DNA from: Octopus vulgaris | Lineage: Eukaryota | Assembly: GCA_951406725.2 (NCBI GenBank) | Contig: OX597822.1 | Coordinates: 60,946,001 to 61,010,000, forward strand | Length of the DNA: 64,000 bases | Direction of reading: 5' to 3' | Made by a program: the position numbers and the translations under genes | Shown here: piece after piece, positions 61,285-64,000 of the stretch | Position numbering within the stretch: the stretch's first letter is position 1 | Layout of the letters: every line of letters begins with the position of its first letter | The notes under the pieces: model-generated | Seen by the model: only the letters and a program-made list of their open reading frames with translations | Databases searched by the model: none | Told to the model about the DNA's origin: nothing

Positions 61285-64000
61285 TCATCATCATCATCAT
61301 CATCATCGTTTAACGTCCGTTCTCCATACTAGCATGGGTTGGACGGTTCGACCGGGGATCTGGGAAGCCAGAAGGCTGCACCAGGCTCCGGTCTTATCTG
61401 GCAATGTTTCTACAGCTGGATGCCCTTCCTAATGCCAACCACTCCGTGAGTGTAGTGGGTGCTTTTTACGTGCCACCTGCACTGGTGCCAGGCGAGGCTG
61501 GCATCGGCCACGGTCGGATTGGTGCATTTTACGTGCCACCTGCACGGTAGCCAGTCGAGGCGGCACTGGCTTCAGCCACGATTCGGATGGTGCTTTTTAC
61601 GTGCCACCGACACGGAAGCTAGTCGAGGCGGCGCTGGCATCAGCCACGATTCGGATAGTGCTTTTAACGTATCTCCAGTCTAGGGGTCCTGGCATCTGCT
61701 GGGTGCCAGTCATAGGATTGGTTCAATTTCGATTCCGATTTCACTTGCCCCAACAGGTCTTCGCAAGCAAAGGGGGTTGGCATAGGTGCCTGTCGTCGGA
61801 TGAGGTTTGATATCGACTTCGCTTGCCTCAACAGGTCTTTGTGTGTCCAAGGGAGGAAAGGCATGCATAAGTGGGCTGGACTCACTTGTCCTGCCTGGTC
61901 TTTTCACGCACAGCATATTTCCAAAGGTCTCGGTCGCTGGTCATTTCCTCCTAAAGTTCGAAGGTCGTGCTTCACCACTTCGTCCCAGGTTTTCCTGGGT
62001 CTACCTCTTCCACGGGTTCCCTCCACTGCTAGGGATTGGCACTTTTTCACACACCTATCTTCATCCATTCTCGCCACATGACCGTACCAGCGCAATCGTC
62101 TCTCTTGCACACCACAACTGATGCTCCTTAGGTACAACATTTCTCTCAGGGTACTAACGCTCTGTCGAGCATGCACACTGACATTACACATCCATCGGAG
62201 CATACTGGCTTCATTTCTTGCGAGCTTATGCATGTCCTCAGCAGTCACGGCCCATGTTTCACTGCTATGTAGCATGGCTGTTCGTACACATGCATCATAC
62301 AGTCTGCCTTTTACTCTGAGCGAGAGGCCTTTAGTCACCAGCAGAGGTAAGAGCTCCCTAAACTTTGCCCAGGCTATTCTTACTCTAGCCATTACACTTT
62401 CAGCACACCCACCCCCACTACTGACTTGGTCACCAAGATAACGGAAGCAATCAACTACTTCTAGTTTTTCCCCCTGGAAAGTGACGGAAGTTGTTTTCTG
62501 CAGATTTTCAGAGGTTAATGCTCCCGAGCATCTGCCGCATACAAAAACCATCTTCCTAGTTAGCCTTCCTTTGACATTGCTGCACCTCTTATGTGTCCAT
62601 AGCTTACACTTGGTGCATCTTATAGAGTTTCTACCTACACCTTTTCTACAGATCGAGCAGGGCCATCTACCTGAAGGCGTTTGTGATTTGTCTACCTTCC
62701 TACTTATTACGACTTTGGTTTTAGCTAGATTGACTCTAAGGCCCCTCGATTCTAAACCTTGCTTCCACACCTGAAACTTCTCCTCCAGTTCTGATAGTGA
62801 CTCAGCAATTAGAGCAAGGTCATCAGCATAGAGGAGCTCCCAGGGGCATCCTGTCTTGAATTCCTCTGTTATTGCCTGGAGGACTATGATAAATAGGAGG
62901 AGGCTGAGGACTGAGCCATGGTGGACCCCTACCTCTACCCGGAATTCTTCACTGTACTCGTTGCCAACCCTCACCTTACTAGCAGCGTCCCTGTACATGG
63001 CTCGCACAGCTCTCACTAACCATTCATCTATCCCTAGTTTCCTCATTGACCACCAGATGAGGGATCGGGGGACCCTGTTGAAGGCTTTCTCCATGTCAAC
63101 AAAAGGTACAGGGGCTTATCTTTGGCTAGGTATTTCTCCTGCAGCTGCCTTACCAGGAATATAGCATCAGTGGTACTTTTCCCTGGCACGAACCCAAACT
63201 GCATCTCATCTAAACTAACTCTCTCTCTAATTAGTTGGGCTATGACCCTCTCTGTAACCTTCATTACTTGATCCAACAGCTTGATACCTCTGTAATTATT
63301 TGTATCTAGGGCGTCACCTTTACCTTTGTAGCAGTTGACTATTATGCTGCTACACCAGTCATTGGGTATGACTCCTTCGTGTATCACCTGATTAACTATA
63401 CGGGTGACTAGGCTATAGCCGACACTACCAGATATTTTGAGCATCTCTGCAGTGATACCTGATGGGCCTGGGGCTTTCCCTGTCTTCATGCTTCTAATTG
63501 CCTTAACTACCAAGGAACTATCAACTCTGATAGCTGGTCCCTCTGTTGGGTCAACATTCGGCAGACTCTCTTTATCCCATTCATTTTCTTTATTCAGCAA
63601 CCTTTCATAGTGGCATCTCCAAACCTCTCTCTTTGCATCCTCATTTAGCGCAAGTGAACCATCTTCCATGCGAACACACTTCTCTCCTACCACATCACAA
63701 TTCTCTCTCACACACTGTCTTGCAACGCGAAACACCTCCAGTCTTTGGTCCTCACGGCGCAGAACATTGGCAAATTTTTTCTTATCTGCTTCCCCTCTGG
63801 CTAAATACACCAGTCTCCTAGCTTCCCTTTTAGCAGTCTGATACAATTCCCTGCTACCACCATTCTTCCAGTGTTTCCAAGTCTGTCTCTTTTCTCTAAT
63901 AGCCCTGTCTACAACACTGTTCCACCACCACGTAACCTTGGGATGAGAGGGGACTTTGCACCAGCCACAAATCTGGTCAGTGGCTCTCAGCAGGTTGTTC
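61285..64000 (-). mobile_element. RTE LINE (PHD family), young copy continuing beyond the window
   Basis: ORFs 63043-63846 and 61904-63094 are joined by a 4-nt deletion at ~63105 relative to other copies; RT motifs QFGF, DMEKAF, HGSVLS, YADD; (GAT)n tail at 61285. Confidence 0.97.

Overview
Eukaryotic, repeat-dense, AT-rich DNA. The SINE/LINE repertoire, microsatellites and the [16 protein letters not shown]-type zinc-finger gene point to a coleoid cephalopod, probably Octopus (inference). There is one credible host gene, an 8-finger C2H2 ZNF at 8904-9683 (+). The rest is mostly mobile-element material: RTE LINEs (one family with a C4HC3 PHD-like finger inside ORF2 and an expandable 62-bp 3'-UTR minisatellite), CR1-type LINEs, mariner/maT/pogo-type DNA elements, a Helitron, a Gypsy 3' end and several tRNA-derived SINE families. 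Two systems stand out. (1) At least seven type-I hammerhead-ribozyme (HHR) motifs, found by eye, each with a 2-bp stem III closed by a palindromic or near-palindromic tetraloop; several have unusually long stem II hairpins. They sit in non-coding Penelope-like elements with inverted termini, mostly next to (TA)n tracts. (2) Two divergent ORF1-only retroelements with no reverse transcriptase (5726-6996, bounded by a TSD; ~44880-46860). They share an RRM-like region, an unrecognised C-terminal domain, a 3'-UTR hairpin and a 3' tail resembling that of a co-resident SINE. Coordinates were read manually and may be off by a few bases; no searches or folding programs were run.
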